A DNA stretch of 64,000 bases from Phallusia mammillata. Its lineage: Eukaryota. Location: positions 8,122,001-8,186,000 of the forward strand of contig OZ281498.1 of NCBI GenBank assembly GCA_965637545.1. The letters are read 5' to 3'. The position numbers and the translations under genes are program-made. The notes under the pieces are model-generated. The model was not told the DNA's origin. It worked only from the letters and a program-made list of their open reading frames with translations, and made no database searches. Shown here in pieces: positions 22,606 to 36,400 of this stretch (positions are counted from its first letter, which is position 1; each line of letters starts with the position of its first letter).

Positions 22606-23007
22606 GGAATGCTTGCGAGACCAGCTGATTCGGTACAACCCCTGTAGCCTAATAGGCCTATGATTTATCGAGATATGCTGTGATCGCTGGTCTACATCGA
22701 CGCTTCAGGGCTGACCCAGTATGGGTTCATCTTAGCTGATACGATCGAACTGGTGATGCCCTGCTACGAAGCTGACATGTGCAGCACACAAGGCAGGCAA
22801 CGGTGTTTGTGATTCGACTTTCGACGGATTCTGCACTGAGCCTGTGTAGCTCAGTTGCTAGAGCGCGAGTCCTGGAAAGACTCCTGTCGCGGGTCCGAAC
22901 CCCACCGCAGACTATATTTTTCGTGCCTGTGTCTTGCCATATGGGAATGCTTGGAAGACCAGCTGATTCGGTACAACGCCTTTAATAGGCCTGGCGTACT
23001 ATGATTT
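22606..23007 (+). mobile_element. SINE-like repeat with an internal tRNA-like unit (22840-22913) and terminal redundancy (period ~338 bp)
   Basis: A-box tagctcagttgc, degenerate B-box ggtccgaaccc, cloverleaf-like stems and a following T6 run. ggaatgcttg..agaccagctgattcggtacaac occurs at 22606 and 22944. Homologous copy at 46575-46845 (-). Confidence 0.75.
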
Positions 23008-24481
23008 GTTTTAAACGTTAAGAAAATACGAAAGCAGATTGATTCCTACTTGCCTATTGCACACGGCGGTATGCATATTAATTGAGGGTTCCTGAATCCT
23101 TACTTGACCCCGTTTTAATGCTTTTTCTGCATAGTTGGTGTTTTGCCACTATGTACATTACGTAGGAACGGCTACAGCCAACATTAGATGGGATAAAACC
23201 GCGTTTAAGTTGTCAAAGTAAAGAACTGACTTAAAAGTTGTAAACAAACCACGTGTCCAAGCGTCAAGCATGAGTAACTTTGGTCCGCGAAAAAGTATCA
23301 CTCACGATAAACGTAGATATCACGATAAACGTAGTTAAATGTACGTGTTAATGTGCCAAAATATTGAAATATATGGCTAAAAATAGTAAGTTACGTGTGA
23401 GTAGATCACAAGTTCGTTAAGATGATGAAACTCGTCATCATTGGTAAATAATTGCTCTGATCTTTATAAGTTTGCTACGCTTCGTTGCTTACGAAGCAGA
23501 GGTGCTTGATTTTCAAGTGACGGCGTGAGCCAAGGGTTTGTCAAAATAGAAAGGTTTATATTCGTGGTTGAACTTTTCTGCTACATTTTTGCACACAGAC
23601 TTAGATAAACATTTAACGCGTTTTTAGAAGCACTACTATTTTGACTGGGAGAACGCTAGCAGCCAACGTTAGTTTCAAATAATTGTTGATTGTTTTGTAC
23701 AAATTTCGTATTTTACGTTAGGAGGCTATAGTAGTGTTTCACATAAGTCATTTTTGTAAACACCTTGTGCCCATTTTAATGCAATTAAATCAAGTTTTGG
23801 GAAAATTGATCCCAAGCAAATAAACAATTCTGTCATATGTCATTTCAGATGTTGAACCCATTGTTGGTTTAGTAAATTTCTCTATGCATGGGCTGCAAAA
23901 GTGGAAACCAATATTGTTAAGATTTGGAATTGGCAACTTGCGAAACAAAACGGTAGATAACACATTTTTTGCCATTTGTGGATGTTTGTATGAGATAAAT
24001 GGCCTTACGGCCAAGACAAATTTGTAAACCTTTTTTTCTTTACAAATGAATGGAGGAGTTAAAACAATAAACATATACAGTTTGGTAAAATGCAAGTTAG
24101 TGCAGAGCAAGCAAAACTTATTGAGATGCACTGTTTTGTTTAGTCCCGATTAGGTTTGGAGTAAAAATATAAAATATCATTTATTGAATGTTAATTTAAA
24201 ATTTTCAATCAACTCAATCAAATAAAAAAACATGTAATTTTTTGGACAAAATTGCTCAACTTTAGGGGCTAAAATGTCTTATCATAAGAAGTTGACTTTT
24301 CAATCTGGTGTGTGCATTCAATTGTGACCATGCATGTCGCGTTTTACCTGCTACCCGCTTGTTTTTATATGCAATTTTTGCAGTGTTTTCAAAAACAACA
24401 ATAATCATAGCTTAAAACCATGCACAACCTGCAACATGTTTTTTTCTAGTAATTATTAAATATACAATTTTCAGATCAATA

Positions 24482-27400
24482 ATGGATACTGTAGAAATAG
24501 TAAAATTAGGTATTAGTGAAGAAAACTTGAAAAACCTCGACAAGCACTTTGCAACAAATAGTTACACCTGTGGCTTTAACCCTAGTGAAGCTGATAATCA
24601 ACTTGCATCAAAAATTTTGGACAGTAATCTTAGCATATCTTCATACCCAAATCTACAGCGTTGGTACGAACACATTATTAACTTGGGGCCACACAAACTG
24701 CCAAATTTTGTTGAGGTGTGTAGTATTTTTTATATTAGGTAAAAGGGTTAACATTATCCCGAGCAAAGTTGCTTGAGAAGAGAATATACAGAACATATCA
24801 GCAAAGTTTCTTATTTTTGAGAGTTTGAAACAATTAGGACTTATTGCAAATATATATATACCTGTTAAAAATAAATAAATAAAACTTGGTTTGTGCAAAT
24901 GACCTCAAAGCTTCTCTAGCAAGTGCAGAAAACTGTGGTTTGCAATGTTTGCTTCTTCTCTGAGAAATGTTTCTTCTCAAAATATAACAGGCATGTTAAA
25001 TACTTATCCAGGTTCAGCCAATGTAAATACAATTATTTTATGGAGATACCTTTGTCTTATTTTAAGTGTTTATATTTCCAGGTATCCCACCCAGTTAGAA
25101 AGTTGAGTAATATGGCTGACGTAGATAAAGAAAATGCTACCCCTCCAAAATCTGTTACTCCAAAGGAAAAAAAGCAAAAACAAGCAAAAACAAAAGGTAC
25201 ATATTGATTAAAAAAATAAATATGTGGGTTAAAGTATGTGGCTGCTGATTTTTGTACACATTAAAACATCTGGCCGTGTATAAGTTTGCGCTGGGTTTAG
25301 AAAAAAACACATAAGGTTTTGTTTACATGTGTGTTAAAGAATGCTGCAAGACTCATTACATATATAATTTGGAAATAAATAATTAGGAAATCGATCTAGG
25401 TATTATGCTCCTTAATGCAAACATCTTAATTTTGTATTTGGGAGGGTGGACCTTGCAGTATATTTGAAAAATTTGCTTTATAACAGGCGGAGGTGGAGGA
25501 GCTGGGATAAAAGAAATGCAACCATGGCCAGCTTACATACAGGAGAGACAAGAACTCTACGACAAACTAAAGTTGGAATGTGAGCAAATGCTCAAAGGTA
25601 TTTTTTTACAGCAGAAAAATGAAACCCTGGCTAAAACATTAAATTAAGCCATTCTGCAGAAATAACAAGATAGATTGATCCAAAATATTGCTTTGTTATC
25701 TTGTGACATATCTTGTGACATGACATAATACTTTATTCAGCCGAAACCCTTGGAAAAATTGGTCTTTGCAATACAGTATCCACATAATGTATTTCCAAAG
25801 TTACCAGATTTACATATAATGTCTACATGCGAAATAACACATTGAAAATATAAGCTGCCCTTGACTGCATGTCGCACAATAGGTAGGGTAAAAAACTTTA
25901 TAAGGCCATGGCTTACAATCCAATGAACACAGTGTGTGTAACTAAACTACACTGTGGGTGGAATGCTGCTTCTGTTCACTGTATTAAATTTGAAAATACA
26001 ATTTAAGCCCAAAATACACTGGCTGTGTAAACATTTTCAGAACGCCAGGAGACACAATCTTCACCCATCCAGATCACATTACCTGATGGAAAAGTTGTTG
26101 AGGGCCAGTCATGGATAACCACACCTTACACTGTAGCTCAAGGAATCAGGTGTATTTTACAGTGGCAAATGTATTTTACATTTTTTATAACTGCATAAGC
26201 ATTGATTGATAAGGTTATTATAAGGTATACAGACAAAGTATTCAAATTCTTTACAACACAACAAAAGTTTTAAAAAATTGACAACGAAAATATATATACA
26301 AAAGCTAAAATGTGTTAGGTGTAAATGGTTAAGCACACAAATGCTTAAAATTACAAGTAAAAATAACAAAAGAGAACATTTGGCAATGGTTTTTAGATTT
26401 CACAATACTTGATGAAAAATATGAATGAAAATAGTTTGACATAACCATTTGCATTGATTTTTACTCTTAAGTTCCTTACATGACTGCTGCTTTGTTTGAT
26501 TCTGCTGTGTCAAATTCAACCTCAGTATTTACATTACTGTCAAGCTGTTGGTTATTTTCTACAGAAAATTCTTCTTTACTGTCCCATGCTGCAGGCAAGC
26601 TGTCTTTATCATTGATTGACTTATCGTCAGAAGGGTCTTTCTGCTTGTCTTTCACAGCACCTTGCAACATGGATTCAAAATCACCCAGGATATCCATGTT
26701 AAGTTTCTCCAAGCCAACATGAGGCTCATCGGTCAAACTATCACTGTTTTGTCCTTCATCATTGCTTTCTGCTGGTGATTTTTCTTCTGCAAATTCTTTT
26801 GGAGGGAGGACAAACTCTTTTCCAAGGTCACTGTTGTCTTCAGTTTCCTCAGATTCGCTATCTGTGGATGATTCAGAGTCTTCTTTGTTTTTTTCATACA
26901 CATCAGCAACTGCAATGACTTGATTCTTTTCCTCTTTTGGATTAACCTCATGGATATCTTCATTTGGACCCTGGCTTTCATCGTCCGAGGCATTCTGATG
27001 TTTTGATTTAAAACTTGGTTGCTTGTTAACAGTGGCATAAACTGCATCCTCCAGAGGGTATTGAACTTTTTCCAATTCTTTAGCCACTTTGTCATTGTCC
27101 AATTCACTGGGGGAGTCATCTTTGTTCACATCTTCCTGGTCTTCATCTTCTACGACATTCACTGGTGTGATACTTTCACTTTCTTGCTTGTTTACAGATG
27201 CATAAACACCAACCTCAAAGTCTTCTGGATTTAAATCTTCCAAATTGTAACTACTTTCCATTGCTTTATCCTTTATTTGGGCCGGTGTATCAATTTCCAA
27301 TTCATCGTACACAGAAGGTTTTTCTGAAGTTGTTGCTATGTTGTTTTCAGCATTTTCCCGATCACTAAGACTATTTGCCTCAGCCACACATACTATTGGG

Positions 27401-30400
27401 GTCGCAATACTTTCCAACAAAGGCAATGTTGCATTTTCTGTATTTTCTTTTTCTTGTTCCCCAAGTGACTCCATTGGTTTTTGCATTCCTTCATCCCATT
27501 TTGGGCTTTCCCTCTCATCTGGCATTTCCTGTTCTTGTGCTGTCTCCTGAATCGGTTTCTTGCTTACTGAAGGCCTTTTCTGCAGTTTTTCCTTTGGAAG
27601 ATGGTCCCCATGGTCATAGCTTGCTTTGCTGTTGTACACAAATGCACTGGGAATAGGAGGGCGTTTTGCGAAACTCGTTTCTGCCGTTTCGTGTACATCG
27701 CTTTCTGGTTGCAGAGGCGAAGCAGGACTGGGTGGGAGCATTGATAAGCTTTCTGTAATTTAAAGGAATAACTAACAATTAACAGAAAAATATTACTCTC
27801 TAAATATCTGAGAAAGAAACGAACTATTTTGTGCATAGGCACTCAGCTGTGTGAAACAAAATTTTTAAATTACTGATTACAGCAACTCAAATAAGTTTTT
27901 CCTCCTGTTACCTGGTATATGTTTTTCTAATTATAGATTATGAATTGGAATGCAATAAAGCAATTAGATTAGATTTAGAATCTAATCTAATTTAGAGAGT
28001 GAAATTTTGAATTACTTATCTATATTTCAATGTACTTCCTAATAAGTGGTTTAAGTTGCATGCAGAGCTATCCATGTACACTACCTTTGTGCTTTTTGCT
28101 GAAAGTTGACGGTGGGATAGTGTTGTCATATTCTGATGCTCGTCTCGGTTGTGGCTGCGGAACAACTTGTTGGGCAATCGTTTCATTCCTGTAAGGATCC
28201 ACAACTTGTGGTACCTGCAGAAAAGTTAATTGGAATAAAAAACAAACATTCTCTATGTTTGTGTAGAGCAGGGGTCGGCAGCCTTATACAGTTGCTTAAA
28301 ACCAAGTCCCTTTGGGCCATACTAATTTTTCATGTATGTTTTTGTTCCCTTTACTGTTTATCATGTTGTTAAACCTTCCGAACTTTGGTAGTTATTTTTG
28401 TTAGGCTACTAGTATGCAGAGATACATAAACCAAAATACAACTTTAGGGACATTGATTTCTAATAGACTGAAATCTCAAAAACATTACAATAGTTCCGGT
28501 CACGTCTAAAACTGTGGGCCCGCTAGTCCCAGCACTTGGCACGCCTCATGCAAGTATAAAAACTGCGGGCCGACTTGATAAAGCCGAGGGCATGCCTGTC
28601 ACGTGTCATTAAATTTTGATTTCGACAATATCTGAACGGCAAGCAATGGATATAGTGGGCTCGCAGTTTTTCCTTCCGAGAGACGCGACAAGCACTGGAT
28701 ATGGTGGGCCTGCGGTTTTCCCTCCGAGAGACAGGCCAAGCAATGGATATATAGTGGGTCCGCAGTTTTTATACTTGCTAGAAGTGGGCCTGCAGTTATT
28801 CAATTGCATGGGGCGGGCCAAGTGCTGGGCCAAGCAGGCCAAGTGCTCCAAGTGGGCCCGAAGTTTTAGACGTGACCGCAATAATTCAGTTGTTTGGTTT
28901 TTAGAGTCCCTTATTGAAAAAAATGTCACATATTTAGACTGTTTACCTGTTGGTCATCAAGTTCAGATGCACCAAGAGCTTGATAGATTGGAATATCTGG
29001 TAGTGGTGGGTGTTGTGCTCTGGGTTGTCTTCTAACTGTTGTGTTAACTGGACTGGCAGCTGGTACTGCAAATAGTGTTTCACAATTATGCATTCATGAA
29101 CCTTTATGTTAATGCTGACAGGTAGTTTACTATTATCAAAATGTTAAAACTATTATCACCGGAAAAAAACAACACTTAATTGAAATGTGTTGAAACTGGA
29201 TAAATTTTTTTTTAAACTCCATACACAGATCTGTTCATAAGTGTAACGAGGAAAGCAACTGGCAAATTAGATGTAAAAAGTGACATGCTTATTATTGAAA
29301 TGTTTTAGCAAGTACTCTTGCCATCATCATTGATATTAGGAACCACATCAGTTACACCTGTTTATAACCACTGGATTAAATCTAGCAGAATATAACAGTC
29401 AAAAATTGCCTAAAAAGTGTCATGCCCTATTAATCGACTTTTTCGGCAATCACTGATGATTAAATCTATTTATGATACATTATTTCTGTTCATATAAAAT
29501 GCTTCTTAATGCCTTTTTCCTTTTTTACACTATCTTATATGTCTAATACATGATTCACAACAAAAATGTCCATTTTTAACGCCTTACCTTGAGGTGCATT
29601 TGGAGCCAAATATTCAGCTTCATATGGTGGTGGAAGAGTGCCTAAGTTTTAATAAGTCTTAACATTAGTATTTCATGACATACCAGTGTGGATATTAGTT
29701 TGTGTTTCAAAATACCTTGTCTTTGCAACGATGTATTTATTAGTCTAGGTTCTGGAGCAGTTGGCTGTGTTTCATTCTAAAATACAGTATTTGGTAAATT
29801 GACAAAATTCTAAAATGATAAAATCAACTTCGCATTCATACACTATTGGTTTTGATGCTGCTTGTCAATGTGGTGGGAACACAAGTACTACTGGAATTTT
29901 GTTAGTTGGATAAACAACTAAATTTGGAAAACCAAAGCCATTTATCATGAAAATTGAAATCACACTACAAAAACATAAAAACCTGTTCTTGTAATTCTGG
30001 TTGAAAATCTGGATTTGTCCTTCCTCTATAATACAAGGAATTAAAAAAACACATTTAAAAATTTGCATTACAAGGGATACCTGTCATTGTCTTCTCTTCT
30101 AACTTCGCGTCGAGCTTTTCTTCTGGCGTATTTAATCACCCGTGTGTCCCAGAAAACTGCACTTGTCACCACAAATGACACAACAAATACTGCCCCAGCC
30201 ACTAAAAGAAAAAAAAGCCTGGTATCACAACCTAAAAGTATTATTTTTGCAAATCAAGTTCGAAGATGTAAAAGTACTGGGCTTGTTGGGCTGGTTTGTT
30301 ATAGGAGCATAAAACAGCAACTACATGTGACATATTGCCTAAAAGTCAGCAACGCCATTAGATTTATTAAAATTATTTGTTGTGGATTGTATTTAGACCA

Positions 30401-33400
30401 CTAAGATATATCTGTTATCAATTATCTAAACAAAATTGCAATGTAATACAAATTAAACAAAGCAAATGTAAATCACATTAGGGCAAAACCCTACCTGCAC
30501 CATAAGTATAGTACAAAATCGTCAAAGCAGATGGTTCCAACACCATTTTGTCATGCAAACTTGCTATCACTGTACTTCTCAATAAAATATATCAGAAAAT
30601 TATAAACTGTAAATCTCGGAACAAAAGATCTTTTAAACACAACAATAAAAAATTGCCAGCTTTTATCAAGTTTTTTGTTATGTTCAGAAAAAACTCTCAC
30701 AAGACAAGACAAAAAAACAGACTCTCAAAAAAAAGACTTTGAAAGCTTTGTCTGTCAAATCCCCCTGATGCTATATGGGGTCTGGGTCACATGAACTTTT
30801 TCTCTTTTTACGCTTGAGCAAGTAAAACTCCTCTTTTTTTGTGAGGTGCAATCGTGCGTCAAACTGTGGGTTGTGTTGCAGTTGTGCGATACAAAAATTA
30901 CTGTTGACATGAAAAGTTTCATAAATTGCCATTTGCATACATATATAACACAAACACAAATGTACAAACTTTACTAATGAGGATATAAAATCAAAAATTC
31001 ATTTTTAAATTTTTAAATTCTTACCATTTTTTTGTTTATTTCATTTTTCAACACAAAGATACATTTTTTTGTTTGATGGTGCAGCTATACCTTAAAAAAT
31101 CCTTCTTATATTTATTTTTTCTGTTTTTGCAGTCAAGGGTTGGCTGACAGCTGCATCGTGGCCAAAGTGAACAATGTAGTTTGGGATCTCGATCGACCAC
31201 TGGAGTCTAATGCCAAACTTCAATTGCTCAAGTTTAATGATGATGAAGCACAGGTCTAGTTCATTAACACAAATATCACAAATATAAAAACATGTTTTGT
31301 CACCAATTACGCACACAGATTTCTTAACGTAAAACCAGACTAAAAATATAAGAAGCAAATATACCTGTCACAAAGAATGTTGTATAATAAATATTACAAC
31401 AAAAATGTTAGGTACATGACTGCCTTAATGTGGTGTGCTGGTAATAAATTAACACTTGTATTGTTGTTTTTATAAACAAAATTTAAGAAACAAATCACTA
31501 AAAACTAGGCCTTGGTTTAATGAGATTTTACTAAATTATCCACTACACTTGGTGAATAATTATTTCTATATGAGTACATCAAGTGCTTTTTGTTGTAACT
31601 TACATCTTATTAGATCTTGCTTCTTGGAAACAACAGTTTAATTCACTTTTTTTCTATTAGGCTGTTTATTGGCATTCCACTGCCCACATTCTTGGAGAAG
31701 CGATGGAAAGAACGTATGGCGGTTGCTTGTGTTATGGACCTCCTATCGAACAGGGATTTTATTATGACATGTTCATGGAAGACAGGTAAGAAATCAACCA
31801 AAAATAACAATGCTAATGTTTATTCGAAAAACAGCATTTTTGTTAATTACACTATGTAACAAACACCTTTCTATTGTTTTGATATGTGACTTTCAGACAA
31901 CAAAACTGATAAGATTCTGCTATTTATAAAAAAAATGGTTGCATTTTGACGTGTGTTTTGTTTATTAGAATTGTGTCGGACAAAAATGATTTCCCAGCTG
32001 TGGAAGGAGTCATGAAATCAATTCTGAAAGAAAAACAACCTTTCGAACGATTGGAAATCACAAAAGAAAACCTGTTAAAGATGTTTGCCTACAACAAGTT
32101 CAAAGTAAGCCAACTTTATATTCATAAATTACACCCTAATACATTTTTTGTGTTCTAAAAGGTGCGAATTTTGAATGAGAAAGTCACCACTCCCACCACA
32201 ACTGTATATAGATGTGGACCACTGATTGATCTTTGCAGAGGTCCACATGTTCGGCATACTGGAAAAATTAAGGCTTTTCAGCTGTACAAGGTAGCTAACA
32301 GTTTTGTATTAGATCCTTTGTTCTGAGCAAAAAGACACAAGCCATTATTTGAGTGTAGAAACATTAAAACATTCTGCTGATCGTCTGACAAAAGAATGAC
32401 GACAAAAGTAACTGTTGCAACCTGGTGATGTTTTGCACTCAAATACTGTCTTGTATCTTTTTGCTGAGAATATTTAGAACCATATGTTGTATACCTGAGA
32501 TCCTTTGTTGTTTTTTGTGCGAGAAAATTGCTAAACCAAATACTCTTTCACAGAATTCTGCAACATATTGGGAAGGGAAACAGGATATGGAATCGCTACA
32601 GAGAATTTATGGAATAAGTTTTCCTGACAAGAAGGAGCTGAAACAGTGGCAACAATTTCAGGTCTGCTTGACTAACACAACACAGTAACTTTCTGTTGTA
32701 AAATTACAACAAAAAAGCTTTAAAAATATGTTTTAAAATTACATATTTTTATACAACTGAGTTTCTTTACATAACAAGTACAAAGTAAAATTTTGGGCAG
32801 CACCTACAACTTACATCCCTTTCTGGGCAGAAGTAATTGTTGAGATTTCAGGTGGTAACTGCTTTTTTGTTGTTCAGGATTTGAATATTGTAAGTAAAAA
32901 ATCACAGCTTTTCATAATTTTAAACCCAAGGTAATACTCGGAAAAATCTCAGATGAAACTCTGTATATAAAAAAGTCTTTCCACTAAACATTTTAATGAT
33001 GTTTGTGTTTGTTATAAACTTGATTGTATTCTAGTGACATACATAACAACATGAATAGATGTAAAAAGCGACATGCTTTATTGTTCCAACTTTTCTGCAA
33101 GTACTCATGCCATCATCAGTGACATTATACCCTCCTACTCAGCTGAAACAATGATTATTCTTTTCCATAGGAAGAAGCAAAGCAAAGAAATCATAGGAAA
33201 CTGGGAATGGAACAAGAATTATTTTTCTTCCATGAATTGAGTCCTGGAAGCTGTTTCTTCTTTCCTAAAGGGGCATTTATATACAACACACTCATGAAAT
33301 TTATCAGGGTATTTCTTGCTAAGTTATTTAAAAAAATATCAGGGTTTTATCAATAATATGACACAAGTGAAGTATATTTTTTTTCATTCACATTTTATCA

Positions 33401-36400
33401 ATTTTTTCGTTAACAGTTTCATCAAAATGCAAGGACACTGAATAACATTTGCTATCAAGTCAAGTGTCCTGTTGTTCAATAAATAATGCTTAAAGTGCAC
33501 TGACTCTGTTTGTAACAGACTACACAACTTTATAACATTTGTGTTGCTTTTCAGGAAGAGTACAGAAAACGTGGATTTCAAGAAGTCATTTCTCCCAATA
33601 TTTACAATGCCAAACTGTGGATGACTTCTGGACACTGGCAGCATTATGCGGAAAATATGTTCAGTTTTGACTCAGAAAATAGTAAATTTGCACTGAAACC
33701 TATGAACTGTCCAGGACACTGGTGGGCAAAATGAAAAATTTGTTTGTTGTTGCAAAGTATTAGCTTTTTGAAATGTTTTTGCTTTTGTAGTTTGATGTTT
33801 GCACATCGCAGTCGTTCATGGCGCGAACTTCCATTGCGTTATGCTGATTTTGGGGTTCTGCACAGAAATGAATTGTCTGGTGCCTTAACTGGACTTACCA
33901 GAGTGAGAAGGTTTCAACAAGACGATGCTCATATTTTTGCTATGCCTGAACAAATTAAACAGGTAATATAGTGGTGTAGTTTGTTGATGCCTTCAAAACT
34001 GTACCAACTGCCACATAAAACACAATGTACCTAGGATTATTTTTGAAGTCTATAATTAAGACATAATTACAAGAATTGAAAAAAATCACCAAAAAATAAT
34101 TTGCGTCAATATTGCTATACGGACAAACATTGGTAATCGCATAATTCCCTTAATTGCTTAGAGATCTTAAATCCCAACCATAGCCATTTGTTGGGAAAAT
34201 TATACTATTAACTTTATGCAAAAGCTAAGCTGGCAACTGTTTGTGAAATTAACTTCATTTATTTGCCAACTATGTCATATTTGTTCAAACATGTAATTTG
34301 ATCATAAATTTGAATCTTTTTTCAGGAAATGGCAGGAGCTTTGGATTTCCTTAAAACTGTGTATGGAGTGTTTGGTTTTACCTTTAAACTTTTCCTCTCT
34401 ACTCGCCCTGAGAAGTTCCTGGGTGACATTGAAATGTGGAATGATGCTGAAAAGGTTTAACAAAATTCTGTTTGATTTATTGCCGACTTTATGACAAAAT
34501 TTTTAGTGATGTCAATTAATTTATTGTTTTTTTAGTTGTTAAACTGGATTTGGTTAATCCGGATCTTTGTCTAATTCAGACAAAACTTGATGTAGAAATA
34601 ATTTGTAATATGGCAAGGCTTTAAAAAAAATTCCCAAACGACTCCAGATTAACCAAAGTTTACTGTACTGTACAAAAGTGTTGTGCAAATGATTTCAAAG
34701 CTGTACAAATTCTTTGTTTAGTTAAGTTAACAAGTAACTTTTCAAATGACATCTCTCTGTTTATACATAAAAGTGTCTGTATAATGCTGAACTACATTTT
34801 GGCTCATTTTGTATGGGTAATCTCAATTATAAAAGTTTTGTATGATTAATTTTAATTGTTCTAGCAATTGGAAGAGTGTCTTGATGCGTTTGGACAGCCA
34901 TGGCAGTTAAACCCAGGTGATGGGGCTTTCTATGGACCAAAAATTGATATTCAAGTAAGGGCAAGGTTTTGGTACATTAACAACTATATACATTGCATAA
35001 GACTTTAACTTTTTAGATTATGGATGCATTACGCCGACCTCACCAGTGTGCCACAATTCAGTTGGATTTTCAACTTCCACTTCGATTTAACCTAAACTAT
35101 GTTACGTAAGTTTTTCTGTGGAATACCTTGATGCCTAAAATCTCAAATAGCTAACAGACCAATACAAATTGTATATTCTCACTTCTTTCAAAATGAGAAA
35201 TTGTTTTTTTTTTAGTTTTTAGAGTTTGTGGTACTTCTGAAATACATTTGAAAATAATGAAATGTCGTTCAGCTCCTCACCACACATCAACAGCAATTTG
35301 ACCTTATTTTGTTTGTTTCTTTCACTTTTATACAAAAATCTGGTTCTAAACATGTAAACAAGAATACTGTTGAGTTTCACAGTTAGTTATGTTTTTAGTG
35401 GTGAAAACGATGAAAAGAAGAGGCCAGTCATAATACATCGAGCAGTACTTGGTTCTATGGAAAGAATGATTGCAATTCTTACTGAAAACTATGGTGGAAA
35501 GTGGCCTTTGTGGCTTTCTCCCAGACAGGTAGAACTTTTAAACATATGATCATGCACCAGAACGTCAAATGTTCTGTTTGGTCGAACACCAAGCATCTTT
35601 CGATGATGATGGTACATTGCTGATCACAAACATTACCATTTCTACACTAGTTTTGTAGCTTTCCGAGGCTCCTTACGTTACCTGTAGTGTATTTGTACAG
35701 GCCCCAGAAGTAGGTTTTTCTTCACTATCTAACGAATTTAAAAATTCTATTTTTGTTCTTGGATACCCTTTCGAACACTAGTTTCATATGTTAGCAGGGC
35801 ATTAATATGCAAATTTAATGCTCGGGCCAGTTTGTGCAACCACTTGGCCAAGCACCAAGCGTCAAAAATACTCAGGTTCTGGCTCGGCTCATCTCAATCG
35901 GTGTGTGTACTTACAAACTGATGCTATATTATTGCAGGTGATGATTTTGTCAGTGTCAGTAAAATTTGATGACTATGCAGAGTCTGTAAGAGCAAAAATG
36001 CACGCAGCAGGATTGGAAGTAACACACCAATATGACCATGGGCTGACTTTGAATAAAAAAATTCGAAATGCACAATTGGATCAATACAATTTTATTCTTG
36101 TGGTTGGGGAAAAGGAGCAAGCCAATGGCACAGTCAATATTCGCACTAGGGACAATAAGGTCAGTATTTAAATCACCTAACATGTCTAAACTTTAATATG
36201 TATAAATATGCTATTTTATGTACCTTTTTAGATTGCAAGTTTTATTTTATTTTATTTTAAAATGACTTAAATGTGCATTACACATATATACAGTAAACCT
36301 TGGTTAATCCAAATCTTCGCCTAATACAGATAGAACTCAGGGTACAAATGATACGTATGTGGTAAGACTTGCTCTGATAGGCATCTGTTAAGCTTCGCCT

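Noticed and set aside
22840-22913. tRNA-Ser(GGA) gene
   Set aside because: Mismatches in the acceptor and T stems, TCC instead of TTC in the T loop, an extra base before the anticodon stem, no long Ser variable arm, and it is embedded in a repeat whose other copy has a different loop.
28609-29035. 106-aa and 139-aa ORFs
   Set aside because: They lie over a MITE with internal tandem repeats and antisense to exon 6 of the nested gene.
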